42,975 bases of DNA from Salinivirgaceae bacterium (GTDB lineage Bacteria; Bacteroidota; Bacteroidia; Bacteroidales; SZUA-534), in the NCBI GenBank assembly GCA_024405635.1, contig JAKSOL010000025.1, positions 1 to 42,975 on the forward strand, read 5' to 3'. Shown piece by piece: positions 9,229 through 19,109 of this stretch (positions within the stretch are counted from its first letter, which is position 1; each line of letters starts with the position of its first letter). The notes beneath the pieces were generated by a model that was given only the letters and a program-made list of their open reading frames with translations, was not told the origin of the DNA and did not search any database. A program made the translations under genes and the position numbers.

Positions 9229-9978
9229 ATGAAAAAGAATTTTTTAGCGGTCATAATACTTGCAACGTTAAGCGTACCTGCAGCCAAAGCCCAACAATGG
9301 GGAATAGGAGTTAACGCAGGTACAAACTATTGCGAATTTGAAACCGAAGTTTCGTTTGATAATCTTAGACAAGGTTATCGTCACGAAAACGAATGGTACT
9401 ACGAAGACGGTTCGTATGGCGTTGGCGACATGCGCTCGCGATACTTTTCTGTTACTCCCGAGTATCGTTATAGCAATAACATAAGCTTTTTAGCAGGTTT
9501 GCAACTAACAGTAGCATCAAGCAACTTTACAAGCGACAAAGGCTATTTTTATTGGATGTATGATAAGCAAGACACTGAGCTATCGTATTGCACAATACAT
9601 AAATTCCGCCAAACCAACTCATACATTGGTGTTCCATTGGCAGTTAAATTTGTGGTGCGCGGCACAGGTTACACATCAGTATTTTTTCAAGGCGGAGTTA
9701 CTCCAAGCGTTCGCGTAAACACCAATAACGATATTCAAATTCGCGACTTAGCAATGGAAAAGGTCAAGAGTAAAATATCGGACCAACTTGGAACTCCTGA
9801 AAACTTTTGCATGCCAATATATGCATCGGTAGGCGTTCAGTTCGATTTTGGTTTAAGCGCATCGTTCCAGTTCCCATACACTATATTAGGTTCAACCATG
9901 TCGTCGTTTGCTGAAGATTCGCAATTGGGCTTTGGCATACAACTAGCATACATCTTTTCAAAATCAGTTAAAGAATAA
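9229..9978 (+). CDS. Outer-membrane beta-barrel protein (PorT/OMP_b-brl-like)
   Basis: Signal peptide, QWGIGVNAG, YIGVPLAVKF, terminal strand GIQLAYIF. Confidence 0.75.
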   Translation: MKKNFLAVIILATLSVPAAKAQQWGIGVNAGTNYCEFETEVSFDNLRQGYRHENEWYYEDGSYGVGDMRSRYFSVTPEYRYSNNISFLAGLQLTVASSNFTSDKGYFYWMYDKQDTELSYCTIHKFRQTNSYIGVPLAVKFVVRGTGYTSVFFQGGVTPSVRVNTNNDIQIRDLAMEKVKSKISDQLGTPENFCMPIYASVGVQFDFGLSASFQFPYTILGSTMSSFAEDSQLGFGIQLAYIFSKSVKE

Positions 9979-9983
9979 TCACT

Positions 9984-10610
9984 ATGAAAACACTACGCAT
10001 ATTGGCAATGCTTTGTGCAACTGCCGCCATATTTATCTCGTGCGATGCCGAGAAAGACTACAAATATGAACTACAAGAAACCGTTTGGGTATCGGACGAA
10101 AACGAACCTAAACTGCCAAAGTACACCGAGCAAGGTTACAATACCTTTGGCGCGCGTTTCAACCGCGAATACTTTCTATCGTACCGAAATGGATCTCAAT
10201 TCCCTTGTTTGTTTAGTAGCAAGGAAAATAATAAGTTGGAAATGACTTTTAACGGTCATGTCAGTTCAAAAGGTATGCAGTTGAAAATTGTTTTTCCTTG
10301 TGGGCAAGCAATAAGAAGTTGGAAAGAAATGGTGGCACTTAATGGCAAAACAATTGATCTTACCGATCCTAATGTAGTGGTAACAACCAGTTATGTTGAT
10401 AATTACGATAATACTTCAGAATCATACACCATAACACCACACAACGGCTCGATAACCTTTAAAAAAGTGAATCTGCTAAACATTGATGGCGTTGTGCGTG
10501 AGGCAGTTGTAGCAGGTGAGTTCAATTTTGGCTACGAGTATAATGGCAATCGTTACATAATATCAAGCGGCCGATTTGATATAGGAGTTGACGAAGACAT
10601 TTTTTGGTAA
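9984..10610 (+). CDS. Hypothetical lipoprotein
   Basis: Lipobox IFISC; LPKYTEQGYNTFGA and GRFD motifs as seen in Bacteroidota lipoproteins. Confidence 0.75.
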   Translation: MKTLRILAMLCATAAIFISCDAEKDYKYELQETVWVSDENEPKLPKYTEQGYNTFGARFNREYFLSYRNGSQFPCLFSSKENNKLEMTFNGHVSSKGMQLKIVFPCGQAIRSWKEMVALNGKTIDLTDPNVVVTTSYVDNYDNTSESYTITPHNGSITFKKVNLLNIDGVVREAVVAGEFNFGYEYNGNRYIISSGRFDIGVDEDIFW

Positions 10611-10643
10611 CCCATACCACACAATTATATAAACCTAGTCTAT

Positions 10644-10678
10644 GCCGAATGTGAGCGAAAAGCCGCATTCGGTTTTTT
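10644..10678 (+). terminator. Intrinsic terminator
   Basis: GCCGAATGTG..CGCATTCGGT followed by a T-run. Confidence 0.75.
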
Positions 10679-10723
10679 GTGCTTGCTTCTTTAAGAAGCG
10701 TATAGCATACCATATAATTCGGT

Positions 10724-10754
10724 TTTGCAAATAGTCAGCGTTTGGGTATTTTTG
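10724..10754 (+). promoter_or_regulatory. Bacteroidota sigma promoter (-33/-7) for the acyl/polyene operon
   Basis: TTTG (10724-10727), 19-nt spacer, TATTTTTG (10747-10754). Confidence 0.65.
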
Positions 10755-10792
10755 CGCACTTTATAAGAGTAGTAAACTAAACCGATTTCAAT

Positions 10793-11227
10793 ATGAATAC
10801 ACAGCCAATTATGCAAGGCGACGAGATGCACAATCTTCTTCCTCAGCGCCCGCCAATTGTAATGGTTGACAAGTTTTATGGCGTTGACGACAATATTTCG
10901 TGTACAGGTTTGTCGGTAAAAGAAACAAATATTTTTTGCGGCAATGGATACTTGCACGAGTCGGGAATAGTGGAACATATTGCACAATCGGCAGCAGCAC
11001 GTGTAGGCTTTATCTTTACTCAAAAAAACGAGCCCGTGCCACTTGGGTTTATTGGTTCAGTTGATAAACTTACAATTAACTTCCTACCTAAAGTTGGCAG
11101 CGAACTTTACACCACAATAACTGTGATGCAAGAGGTGATGGATATTACTTTGGTTGCAGCCAAGGTTGAAACCGAAGGTCAAGTGGTGGCTGAGTGTAAA
11201 ATGAAAATCTTTTTGAAACGCGACTAA
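10793..11227 (+). CDS. FabZ-like 3-hydroxyacyl-ACP dehydratase (hotdog fold)
   Basis: LLPQRPPIVMVD, EHIAQSAAA, GFIG. Confidence 0.85.
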   Translation: MNTQPIMQGDEMHNLLPQRPPIVMVDKFYGVDDNISCTGLSVKETNIFCGNGYLHESGIVEHIAQSAAARVGFIFTQKNEPVPLGFIGSVDKLTINFLPKVGSELYTTITVMQEVMDITLVAAKVETEGQVVAECKMKIFLKRD

Positions 11228-11239
11228 CCATCAGCATCA

Positions 11240-11689
11240 ATGAGCAAAAAGACAAAACACTTGCCAGCGCCTGCATTAGTTAACCGTACTCAGTTTCGTG
11301 TACGTTTTAGCGACATCGACTCAATGCAAATTGTTTGGCATGGTCAGTATATTCGTTATTTTGAAGATGGTCGTGAGGCTTTTGGTGCACAATTTGGATT
11401 GCGTTATATGGACATTCACGCGGCAGGATACATGGCTCCTATTGTTGATGTTAATTGCCAATATAAATTATCATTGTCGTTTAACGACGAGGTGATTATT
11501 GAAACAGCATACTATCCAACTCAAGCTGCAAAAATTCAGTTTCACTACACCGTTTTTAGAGCTAGCGATATGGCTGTGTGTGCCACAGGTTCGTCAACGC
11601 AAGTTTTTATAAACGCAAACACTCGCGAATTGGAGATATGCAATCCCAACTTTTTTGTTGAGTGGAAAAAACGCAACAACATAAAATGA
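11240..11689 (+). CDS. Acyl-CoA/ACP thioesterase (YbgC/4HBT family)
   Basis: VRFSDIDSMQIVWHGQYIRYFEDGRE. Confidence 0.9.
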   Translation: MSKKTKHLPAPALVNRTQFRVRFSDIDSMQIVWHGQYIRYFEDGREAFGAQFGLRYMDIHAAGYMAPIVDVNCQYKLSLSFNDEVIIETAYYPTQAAKIQFHYTVFRASDMAVCATGSSTQVFINANTRELEICNPNFFVEWKKRNNIK

Positions 11690-13365
11690 GCACATATATA
11701 ACAGCCGATTGCATAATAAGTCCACTGGGAATAGGCACAAAGCAAAATCTTAAGGCCATGGAGCAATGCCGTAGTGGTATTGCCCTGCAAACCAACCAGC
11801 TTGTGGCCGATACCGAAATAATGGCATCGGTTTTTGCAAACGCAACAAATATTGATGGTTACACAAAACTAGAGAGCCTTATTTTTTCGGCAATTGATAA
11901 TGTGGTTGCCACATCGGGCATTAGTTTAACCGACAAACACACGGCTGTTATTCTATCAACCACCAAAGGTAACGTTGAACTTTTGGCACAATCAACAACT
12001 TGCATCAATCCCAAAGCATATTTATGGAATGTGGCTCAAACTATTGACGAGCATTACCATTTGGCAAACCAGACAATAGTACTTTCAAATGCTTGCATAT
12101 CGGGCGTGTCGGCCATGGTGGTAGCTAAGCGGTTGATTGATGCTGGCGACTTTGACAGCGTGGTAGTTGTTGGTGCCGATGTGCTTTCGCATTTTATCAC
12201 AAGCGGCTTTTTGTCGTTTAAGTCGTTAAGCGCAAACCGATGCTTGCCATTTGATGCCCGCCGCAATGGTTTAAACCTTGGCGAGGCGTGTGGTGCATTG
12301 GTAGTTAGCAATAGAAAAACGCAAGGCAGCATTTGCTTGCGAGGCGGAGCAATTAGCAACGATGCCAACCATATTTCAGGCCCATCGCGCACTGGCTACG
12401 AACTCAATTTGGCTATTCGGCAAGCAATGGCAGAAGCAAAAATTGATGTTGCTGACATTTCGTTTGTTGACACACATGGCACAGCAACGGTTTACAACGA
12501 CGAGATGGAGTCGAAAGCCGTTGGGTTGGCTGAATTGGCAAACAAACCAGTGCAAAGCCTAAAACCTTACTTTGGTCACACACTTGGCGCATCGGGAGTA
12601 ATTGAGGCAATAGTTTGCGTTAACGAACTAAAAACGGGCCTACTTTATGGCACTTTGGGATTTGAGCAAACCGGAACGCCAATTACACTCAATGTAAGTG
12701 CTCAACATCAAACTCTGCCAATGAATAGTTGCGTTAAAACAGCATCGGGCTTTGGTGGGTGCAACGCCGCTATTGTGCTTTCGGTTAACGATGGAGCAAC
12801 GGCTGAATTAGAACAAACTGAAAATGAAATAATTGCATCGGTTGAAATAAGCAACGGAGTAGTAACCAAAAACGGTGAGCAAATTTTTGCCAATTCCGAA
12901 GCCGATTTTGCAACTTTTATACGCGAGGCGCACAAGCAACTAGGCGAGGCTAATATGAAGTTCTTCAAGATGGACGACATGAGCAAACTTGGTTATGTGG
13001 CAGCCGAAGTGCTATTGCAAGGCATTGCTTTTGAACCCGAAAAAATGGGCATTGTACTGTCCAATTCGGCATCGTCAATCGATACCGATCTTCGCCATCA
13101 AGAACTGATTAACGCTGGCGATGCGGATGCTAGTCCCGCAGTGTTTGTTTACACGTTGGCCAACGTGGTGATTGGCGAAATATGCATTAAACACAAAATA
13201 AAAGGTGAAAATACCTTTTTTGTGAGCCGCAATTATAACCGACAATGGTTGCATCATTATGCGCAAATAGCTATGCAAAAGCAGCAAATGAACTATTGCA
13301 TTGTAGGATGGTGCAACTTGCAATCAAACAATTACAACGCTATTTTTGAACTCGTTAAGAAATAA
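11686..13365 (+). CDS. Beta-ketoacyl-ACP synthase fused to a C-terminal non-catalytic KS-like domain
   Basis: SNACISG, THGTAT, KPYFGHTLGA, SGFGG; second domain KFFKMDDMSKLG, SPAVFVYTLAN. ATGA overlap with the thioesterase. Confidence 0.88.
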   Translation: MSTYITADCIISPLGIGTKQNLKAMEQCRSGIALQTNQLVADTEIMASVFANATNIDGYTKLESLIFSAIDNVVATSGISLTDKHTAVILSTTKGNVELLAQSTTCINPKAYLWNVAQTIDEHYHLANQTIVLSNACISGVSAMVVAKRLIDAGDFDSVVVVGADVLSHFITSGFLSFKSLSANRCLPFDARRNGLNLGEACGALVVSNRKTQGSICLRGGAISNDANHISGPSRTGYELNLAIRQAMAEAKIDVADISFVDTHGTATVYNDEMESKAVGLAELANKPVQSLKPYFGHTLGASGVIEAIVCVNELKTGLLYGTLGFEQTGTPITLNVSAQHQTLPMNSCVKTASGFGGCNAAIVLSVNDGATAELEQTENEIIASVEISNGVVTKNGEQIFANSEADFATFIREAHKQLGEANMKFFKMDDMSKLGYVAAEVLLQGIAFEPEKMGIVLSNSASSIDTDLRHQELINAGDADASPAVFVYTLANVVIGEICIKHKIKGENTFFVSRNYNRQWLHHYAQIAMQKQQMNYCIVGWCNLQSNNYNAIFELVKK

Positions 13366-13368
13366 ATT

Positions 13369-13626
13369 ATGGAAGAATTGATTGAAAAATTGAAAGGTCA
13401 ACTTATTGAAGAGTTGAACTTGGAAGAAGTAACTCCAGCCGACATTGATGCCGAAGCACCTTTGTTTGGCGATGGCGGTTTGGGTTTAGATTCAATTGAC
13501 GCTTTGGAAATCATTTTGATTCTTGAGCGTAACTACGGTATTAAAATTGAAAATCCAGCTCAAGGAAAAGAAATTTTCTACTCAGTAAAAACTCTTGCTG
13601 AATACATTACCAAAAACCAAAAGTAA
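13369..13626 (+). CDS. Acyl carrier protein
   Basis: GLGLDSIDALE phosphopantetheine site; acidic, 85 aa. Confidence 0.93.
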   Translation: MEELIEKLKGQLIEELNLEEVTPADIDAEAPLFGDGGLGLDSIDALEIILILERNYGIKIENPAQGKEIFYSVKTLAEYITKNQK

Positions 13627-14808
13627 ATGGACGTTTTTGTTTCGGGAGTTGGAGTGGTTTCGGCTATAGGTTTTAATGTGGCCGAAAACATGCAGAGCCT
13701 TGCATCAGGAAAAGCTGGGTTGCGCAAACCGCAAAACTTTGCTACCACGCTTAATGTGCCAGTTGGCGAAATATGCAGCACCAACCAACAACTGAAACAA
13801 TTGCTTGGCTTGCCACAACAGCAAACCATTTCGCGCACCGCTTTGCTTGCCTTGCCAGCTGTGGTTGAGGCTGTTGCCGATGCTCAGTTAACCAATTTGA
13901 GCAATGTTGCATTTATTTCGGCAACATCGGTTGGTGGAATGGATTTGACCGAAACCTTTTACAACGACTTTAAAGACAACCACAACCAAGGGCGCCTACG
14001 CATGGTTGCTCAGCACGATTGTGGCGCTAGTACCGAATTTGTGGCCAACAAACTTGGTTTTGGTGGAATGGTTACCACCATCAGCACAGCGTGTTCGTCG
14101 GGTGGAAATAGTATAGCCACAGGCGCAAGGCTAATAAAACACGGATTGGCCGATACCGTTGTGGTAGGTGGAGTTGATCCACTTTGCCGTTTCACCATGA
14201 ATGGTTTTAACTCGCTAAAAATTCTCGATAGCGAACACTGTCGTCCGTTTGACGCAACACGCGCAGGCTTGAATCTTGGCGAAGGTGCAGGATTTATTAT
14301 ACTGCAAAACGAAAAAGCCTTGCGTAGAGCACCATATTGCAAAGTGAGCGGTTATGCCAATGCCAACGACGCTTTTCATCAAACTGGTAGCTCTGCCGAC
14401 GGAACAGGCTCTTTTTTGAGCATGAGCGGTGCAATGCAAATGGCAGGGGTTGAGGCAAGTCAAATAAGTTACATAAACACACATGGTACAGGTACTGGAG
14501 GCAACGACCTTTCAGAAGGAACAGCCATTCGCCGAATATTTGGCGACAATGTGCCTGCTTTTAGTTCTGTTAAACCATTTATTGGCCACACACTTGGTGC
14601 ATCAGAAGGCATTGAGGCCGTTTATTCGGTTTTGAGCATTGCCAAAGGGGCAGTTTATCCAAACCTTAATTTTACTACACCAATGCCCGAAACCAATTTA
14701 GTTCCGCAAACCAAATATGTTAGCGGACAGACTATTAAACATGTGTTGTCAAATGCATTTGGGTTTGGAGGAAACGATTCGTCAGTTCTTTTTTCGGCAG
14801 TAGAATGA
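13627..14808 (+). CDS. Beta-ketoacyl-ACP synthase (FabF-like)
   Basis: STACSSG, THGTGT, KPFIGHTLGA, NAFGFGG. Confidence 0.92.
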   Translation: MDVFVSGVGVVSAIGFNVAENMQSLASGKAGLRKPQNFATTLNVPVGEICSTNQQLKQLLGLPQQQTISRTALLALPAVVEAVADAQLTNLSNVAFISATSVGGMDLTETFYNDFKDNHNQGRLRMVAQHDCGASTEFVANKLGFGGMVTTISTACSSGGNSIATGARLIKHGLADTVVVGGVDPLCRFTMNGFNSLKILDSEHCRPFDATRAGLNLGEGAGFIILQNEKALRRAPYCKVSGYANANDAFHQTGSSADGTGSFLSMSGAMQMAGVEASQISYINTHGTGTGGNDLSEGTAIRRIFGDNVPAFSSVKPFIGHTLGASEGIEAVYSVLSIAKGAVYPNLNFTTPMPETNLVPQTKYVSGQTIKHVLSNAFGFGGNDSSVLFSAVE

Positions 14809-15695
14809 TTACACCAGTTTACATACGCAGCACTGCATCCATTCATAGCGATGGACAAGCACAAGGCAATGCCAAACGGGCCGTTGAACCCGATTACAAA
14901 GAGGTTATTACCGATGCAGGTTTACGACGCCGAATGAGTCGTGCAGTAAAAATGGGCGTTTACAGCGCACTTACTTGTTTGGCCGATACATCAAGCGATA
15001 GTGTTGGTGGCATTATTACAGCAACAGGATTAGGTTGCTTGGCCGACACCGAAAAGTTTATGAAGTCGATTGTTGACAATAACGAGCAACTTTTAACTCC
15101 CACACCATTCATTCAGTCAACCTTTAACACCATTGGCGGACAAGTGGCATTGTTGCGTAAAATTCACGCTTACAACGTAACATACGTTCATCGTGCATTG
15201 AGCGTTGAAAGTGCTTTGATTGATGCCGTGATGCACATTGCCGAGGGAGCTGACAATATACTTTTGGGCGCTGTTGACGAGATTACCGAATCGTCGGTTG
15301 ATATTCAACAACGCATGGGTATGTTGCGCAATAACGCAGCAGGCGAGGGCTCGCAATTCTTTTTGCTGAGTCGCAATAGTAACGGTTGCGTGGCCCAAAT
15401 AACCGACATCAGCACTCGCCGCGGGGCAATTACTCAAACCGATTTTGCTACTTGGGTCGATTCTTTTTTAAGCAACAATAACGTTGACAAAACCGATTTG
15501 GTTGTGCTTAATGGTTCAAAACAAGTATTAACAAACGCAATAGACTTTAAAAACCAGTGTGGCGAATATTTTACTGCGGTGGCCTTTGCATTGTGGCAAG
15601 CCGTTGAGCAAATAAAATCCGGCGCACGCAATGTGCTGATAGCTAATAGCTTTCAAAATACAAACCATTCACTTATTCTGATAAAGGCTTTATGA
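14805..15695 (+). CDS. Chain-length-factor-like KS partner
   Basis: RRRMSRAVKMG and PTPFIQSTFNT; lacks the KS catalytic motifs. Confidence 0.82.
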   Translation: MITPVYIRSTASIHSDGQAQGNAKRAVEPDYKEVITDAGLRRRMSRAVKMGVYSALTCLADTSSDSVGGIITATGLGCLADTEKFMKSIVDNNEQLLTPTPFIQSTFNTIGGQVALLRKIHAYNVTYVHRALSVESALIDAVMHIAEGADNILLGAVDEITESSVDIQQRMGMLRNNAAGEGSQFFLLSRNSNGCVAQITDISTRRGAITQTDFATWVDSFLSNNNVDKTDLVVLNGSKQVLTNAIDFKNQCGEYFTAVAFALWQAVEQIKSGARNVLIANSFQNTNHSLILIKAL

Positions 15696-16360
15696 TAATA
15701 AGTGCCATTTTGCTCGCTCTGCTGGCATTTTTGGTGTACGCATCAGCTTGCATCAAAAGTCAGATTTATGTGAGAGCAACGTGTCATATACCTACAACCG
15801 AAAACTGTGTTTTCCTGACATTTGACGATGGCCCCGATGCCGAACAAACGCCACAAGTGTTAGATGTATTGAAGAACAATAATGTTTCTGCTACTTTTTT
15901 TTGTGTAGGTAATAAAATTGAGCAAAATGCAGAGTTGGTGAAAAAAATGGTAGCCGAAGGTCACACTATTGGAATGCACACATACGCTCACAATTGGCGT
16001 TTTACCATTGCAAATGCCAATAAAGTGAAATTCGATTTGCAACAATGTCAAAGTATAATTAGGAAAGTGTGCGGATTTGATTGTGTTTTGTTTCGCCCAC
16101 CATTTGGAGTTACAAATCCTAGTATGGCAAAATCGTTGCGAATAATGGGCATTAAAACCGTTGGATGGACTATTCGCACATTTGATACCAATGGAAAATC
16201 AGACGAAAAACTGCTGCAACGAATTGAAAAACAACTTACTCCAGGCGCAATAATCCTTTTGCACGATCGTTTACCAAATTCGGCACAACGTTTGCAAAAA
16301 GTAATTGAACTAATACGCGCCAAAGGTTACACAATAGGAAATTTAGCAAAGTATTTATAA
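15692..16360 (+). CDS. Polysaccharide deacetylase (NodB/CE4)
   Basis: LTFDDGP, HTYAH, FRPPFG, ILLHD; N-terminal TM. Confidence 0.9.
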   Translation: MIISAILLALLAFLVYASACIKSQIYVRATCHIPTTENCVFLTFDDGPDAEQTPQVLDVLKNNNVSATFFCVGNKIEQNAELVKKMVAEGHTIGMHTYAHNWRFTIANANKVKFDLQQCQSIIRKVCGFDCVLFRPPFGVTNPSMAKSLRIMGIKTVGWTIRTFDTNGKSDEKLLQRIEKQLTPGAIILLHDRLPNSAQRLQKVIELIRAKGYTIGNLAKYL

Positions 16361-16379
16361 TATGCACAACACATTGAAT

Positions 16380-17006
16380 ATGAGAAATATAGTAGCAATA
16401 ATCTTACTTTTGACTTCATTTGCGCTATCGGCACAAAACAAACCAGTTGCCAATGTTGATGAGTTTAAGCACCGACTAGCAAACGAGGCAAAAAACATAA
16501 AATCAATTGAAAGCCGTTTTGTTCAGAATAAGTACCTTGAAGTGTTTGACGAGCAGGTGAAATCAACGGGAACATTTCGCTATCAAGAATCGGATAAAAT
16601 TAGTTTTGCCTATGATAAACCAGTTGACTACCTGATGGTTATAAACGGTGGTCGCATTAAAATTGAGGCCGATGGCAAAAAAAGCACAATGAATCTTGGC
16701 TCAAACCAAATGGCAAATGGTATTCAAAGTATGATGGTTGCTTGCGTAACTGGCCAACTTGATGCAATTGAATCAGACTACACAGTTAATTACTTTGAAA
16801 ACGACAAATTTTACTCGGTGGAAATAGAACCCAAAAAGGCTGCTATAAAATCGTACATCAGCAACATTAAAATTGAACTAAATAGAGTTACAATGATGGT
16901 TGAAACCCTGCGTCTCACCGAACAAGGAAACAATTATACCGAGTACCAATTTCAAAATCCAAAGTACAACGTAACATTTGGTCAATCGCAATTCAGTGTT
17001 GAATAG
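16380..17006 (+). CDS. LolA-like outer-membrane lipoprotein carrier protein
   Basis: Signal peptide; SRFVQNKYL..STGTFRY..YDKPVDYLMVING; position in the cluster. Confidence 0.8.
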   Translation: MRNIVAIILLLTSFALSAQNKPVANVDEFKHRLANEAKNIKSIESRFVQNKYLEVFDEQVKSTGTFRYQESDKISFAYDKPVDYLMVINGGRIKIEADGKKSTMNLGSNQMANGIQSMMVACVTGQLDAIESDYTVNYFENDKFYSVEIEPKKAAIKSYISNIKIELNRVTMMVETLRLTEQGNNYTEYQFQNPKYNVTFGQSQFSVE

Positions 17007-17024
17007 GTTATAAATTATTAGCCT

Positions 17025-17507
17025 TTGATTAGCATAAAACCACATATTGCCGTAATTATTCTGCTATTGACAACCAACATTGCGTTGGCTCAACAACCAT
17101 TGATTGACGCTAGCCAGCAGTCGCGTAAATTCAATATGCAGTTCGATGTTAAGAAAAACCATTTGAGCGGAATGCTCATAAGCCGAAAAATGCCCGATGG
17201 TAACGTGCGATTAGTGGCAACATCGTATTTTGGAATGTCGATTTTTGATTTTACGCTGGCCGATACTATGGTAGTGAATCAGTGCATCGACCCACTCAAA
17301 CGCCGCAGTGTGCTTAAGCTAATTGAACGCGATTTTAAACCCGTTTTCGTTGACAAATCGGTATTGAAAAGACGAAAGAAACACACCAACTTTGAAGCCT
17401 ATAAACGAGGACACTTTTTGGGCAAAGCCAAATTCGATGTGTTAAAAGATGAATTATCAATTAGGCATTCGCTTTTGCGCATGTCAATTAAAATAAACGA
17501 ACTGTAA
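17025..17507 (+). CDS. Hypothetical exported protein of the polyene cluster
   Basis: Signal peptide; LSGMLI, TSYFGMSIFDF; coupled to the next gene. Confidence 0.65.
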   Translation: MISIKPHIAVIILLLTTNIALAQQPLIDASQQSRKFNMQFDVKKNHLSGMLISRKMPDGNVRLVATSYFGMSIFDFTLADTMVVNQCIDPLKRRSVLKLIERDFKPVFVDKSVLKRRKKHTNFEAYKRGHFLGKAKFDVLKDELSIRHSLLRMSIKINEL

Positions 17508-17881
17508 TGCTAATAGAAAACTTTTACCGCACGCTTGCAACAACTAGCACCAACGGAACATGGACAGTTAACTTGAAACTAAACGCCGAGCATGATATTT
17601 TTAAAGGCCATTTTCCTGAAACTCCAGTGGTTCCGGGCGTTTGCCTAATGCTTATGATAAAAGAGAGCGCAGAACAAATTGTGGGCCGCAAACTGCAGTA
17701 CTCGCAGGTGAGTAGTTGCAAATTTGTGTCGGTGGTTAATCCAGTAATCGACTCTGAAATAAGCTTTGCAATAACACCTACAGTTGCCGACGACGGATTG
17801 TTGCAACTTACAGCCGAAGGAACTGCCAGCGCGGGAACTTTCATAAAGGTAAAAGCCAAATTAATTGATAGCACTTTATGA
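17507..17881 (+). CDS. FabZ/FabA-like dehydratase
   Basis: HDIFKGHFPETPVVPGVC. Confidence 0.88.
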   Translation: MLIENFYRTLATTSTNGTWTVNLKLNAEHDIFKGHFPETPVVPGVCLMLMIKESAEQIVGRKLQYSQVSSCKFVSVVNPVIDSEISFAITPTVADDGLLQLTAEGTASAGTFIKVKAKLIDSTL

Positions 17882-19083
17882 ATCACGAACCAGCATACTG
17901 GCAGCAACAGTTAAAGCAACTTAATGTTGTGGTTGTGTTGCCAACCTACAATAATGGTGGCACACTAGCTACTGTTATTGACCAAGTGCGCCAATATGCC
18001 ACCGACATTATTGTTGTGAACGATGGTTGTACCGACAATACTGCTGAAATTCTTGAATCGCGTTCCCAATACATCAGTGTTATTACACATGCAACCAATC
18101 AAGGCAAAGGAGTAGCCTTGCAAAATGCACTAATGCAAGCTAAGCAACGAGGTTACCGTTACGCCATTACAATGGACACTGATGGACAGCATTTTGCAAG
18201 CGATATTCCAACTTTTGTTGAAGAGATTGTTGCAACTCCTGATTCGTTGCTTGTTGGATCGCGAAACTTGGCAGCCAACAATATGCCAGGCAAAAACACA
18301 TTTGCCAATCGCTTTTCAAACTTTTGGTATAAAACCGAAACAGGCATAAATCTAAGCGATACTCAATCAGGATTCCGAATCTATCCAGTGCAGTTGCTTA
18401 ATGTGGGCAAGTGGTATTACACCACAAAGTACGAATTTGAACTCGAAGCATTAGTTTATGCGGCATGGAGTGGCATACAAGTTCGCAACATTCCTGTAAA
18501 TGTTTATTATCCACCGCAAGACGAACGAGTGTCGCATTTTCGACCCGGTCGCGATTTTACCCGCATCAGCATACTAAACACCATATTGGTTCTTGTTGCT
18601 TTACTTTGGATATACCCACGCAATTTTTTTCGAAAACTTTCGTGGGAAAGCATAAAAGGGTTTGTTAGGCGTAACATAACCCAATCTCACGAAAGTAATT
18701 TACGCATTTCGTCGGCAGTGGCGCTTGGCGTGTTTTTTGGTATAGTGCCAATATGGGGCTGGCAAATGGTAACGGCTTTTTTTATAGCACATTTGCTAAA
18801 ACTAAACAAGGTTATTACACTAGTTGCATCAAACATTAGTTTGCCGCCAATCATTCCGTTTTTACTATACGGAAGTTATTATACAGGTTGCCTTTTGTTA
18901 GGTCAGTCGCCCGACATACTATTTTCTGGCATCTCGGTTGAGGTGTTAAAAGCGGTTGCCTTACCTTACATTTTAGGAAGTGTGGTTTTTGCTGCTATTT
19001 GCGCAGTTGCGTTTGGCGGACTAGTGTGGTTGTTGCTTACCATTTGTCGTCGTAAGCCCGCTGATATTGTTTTGAACGAATAG
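17878..19083 (+). CDS. GT2 glycosyltransferase fused to a DUF2062-like membrane domain
   Basis: VLPTYNN, NDGCTD, MDTDGQH, DTQSGFR; C-terminal TMs with GVFFGIVPIWGWQ. Confidence 0.88.
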   Translation: MNHEPAYWQQQLKQLNVVVVLPTYNNGGTLATVIDQVRQYATDIIVVNDGCTDNTAEILESRSQYISVITHATNQGKGVALQNALMQAKQRGYRYAITMDTDGQHFASDIPTFVEEIVATPDSLLVGSRNLAANNMPGKNTFANRFSNFWYKTETGINLSDTQSGFRIYPVQLLNVGKWYYTTKYEFELEALVYAAWSGIQVRNIPVNVYYPPQDERVSHFRPGRDFTRISILNTILVLVALLWIYPRNFFRKLSWESIKGFVRRNITQSHESNLRISSAVALGVFFGIVPIWGWQMVTAFFIAHLLKLNKVITLVASNISLPPIIPFLLYGSYYTGCLLLGQSPDILFSGISVEVLKAVALPYILGSVVFAAICAVAFGGLVWLLLTICRRKPADIVLNE

Positions 19084-19109
19084 ATTAACCCACATAATCG
19101 TAATCATAA

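Noticed and set aside
11686-13365. KS plus KS-like fusion as a novelty
   Set aside because: To my knowledge this arrangement is common in Bacteroidales polyene clusters.
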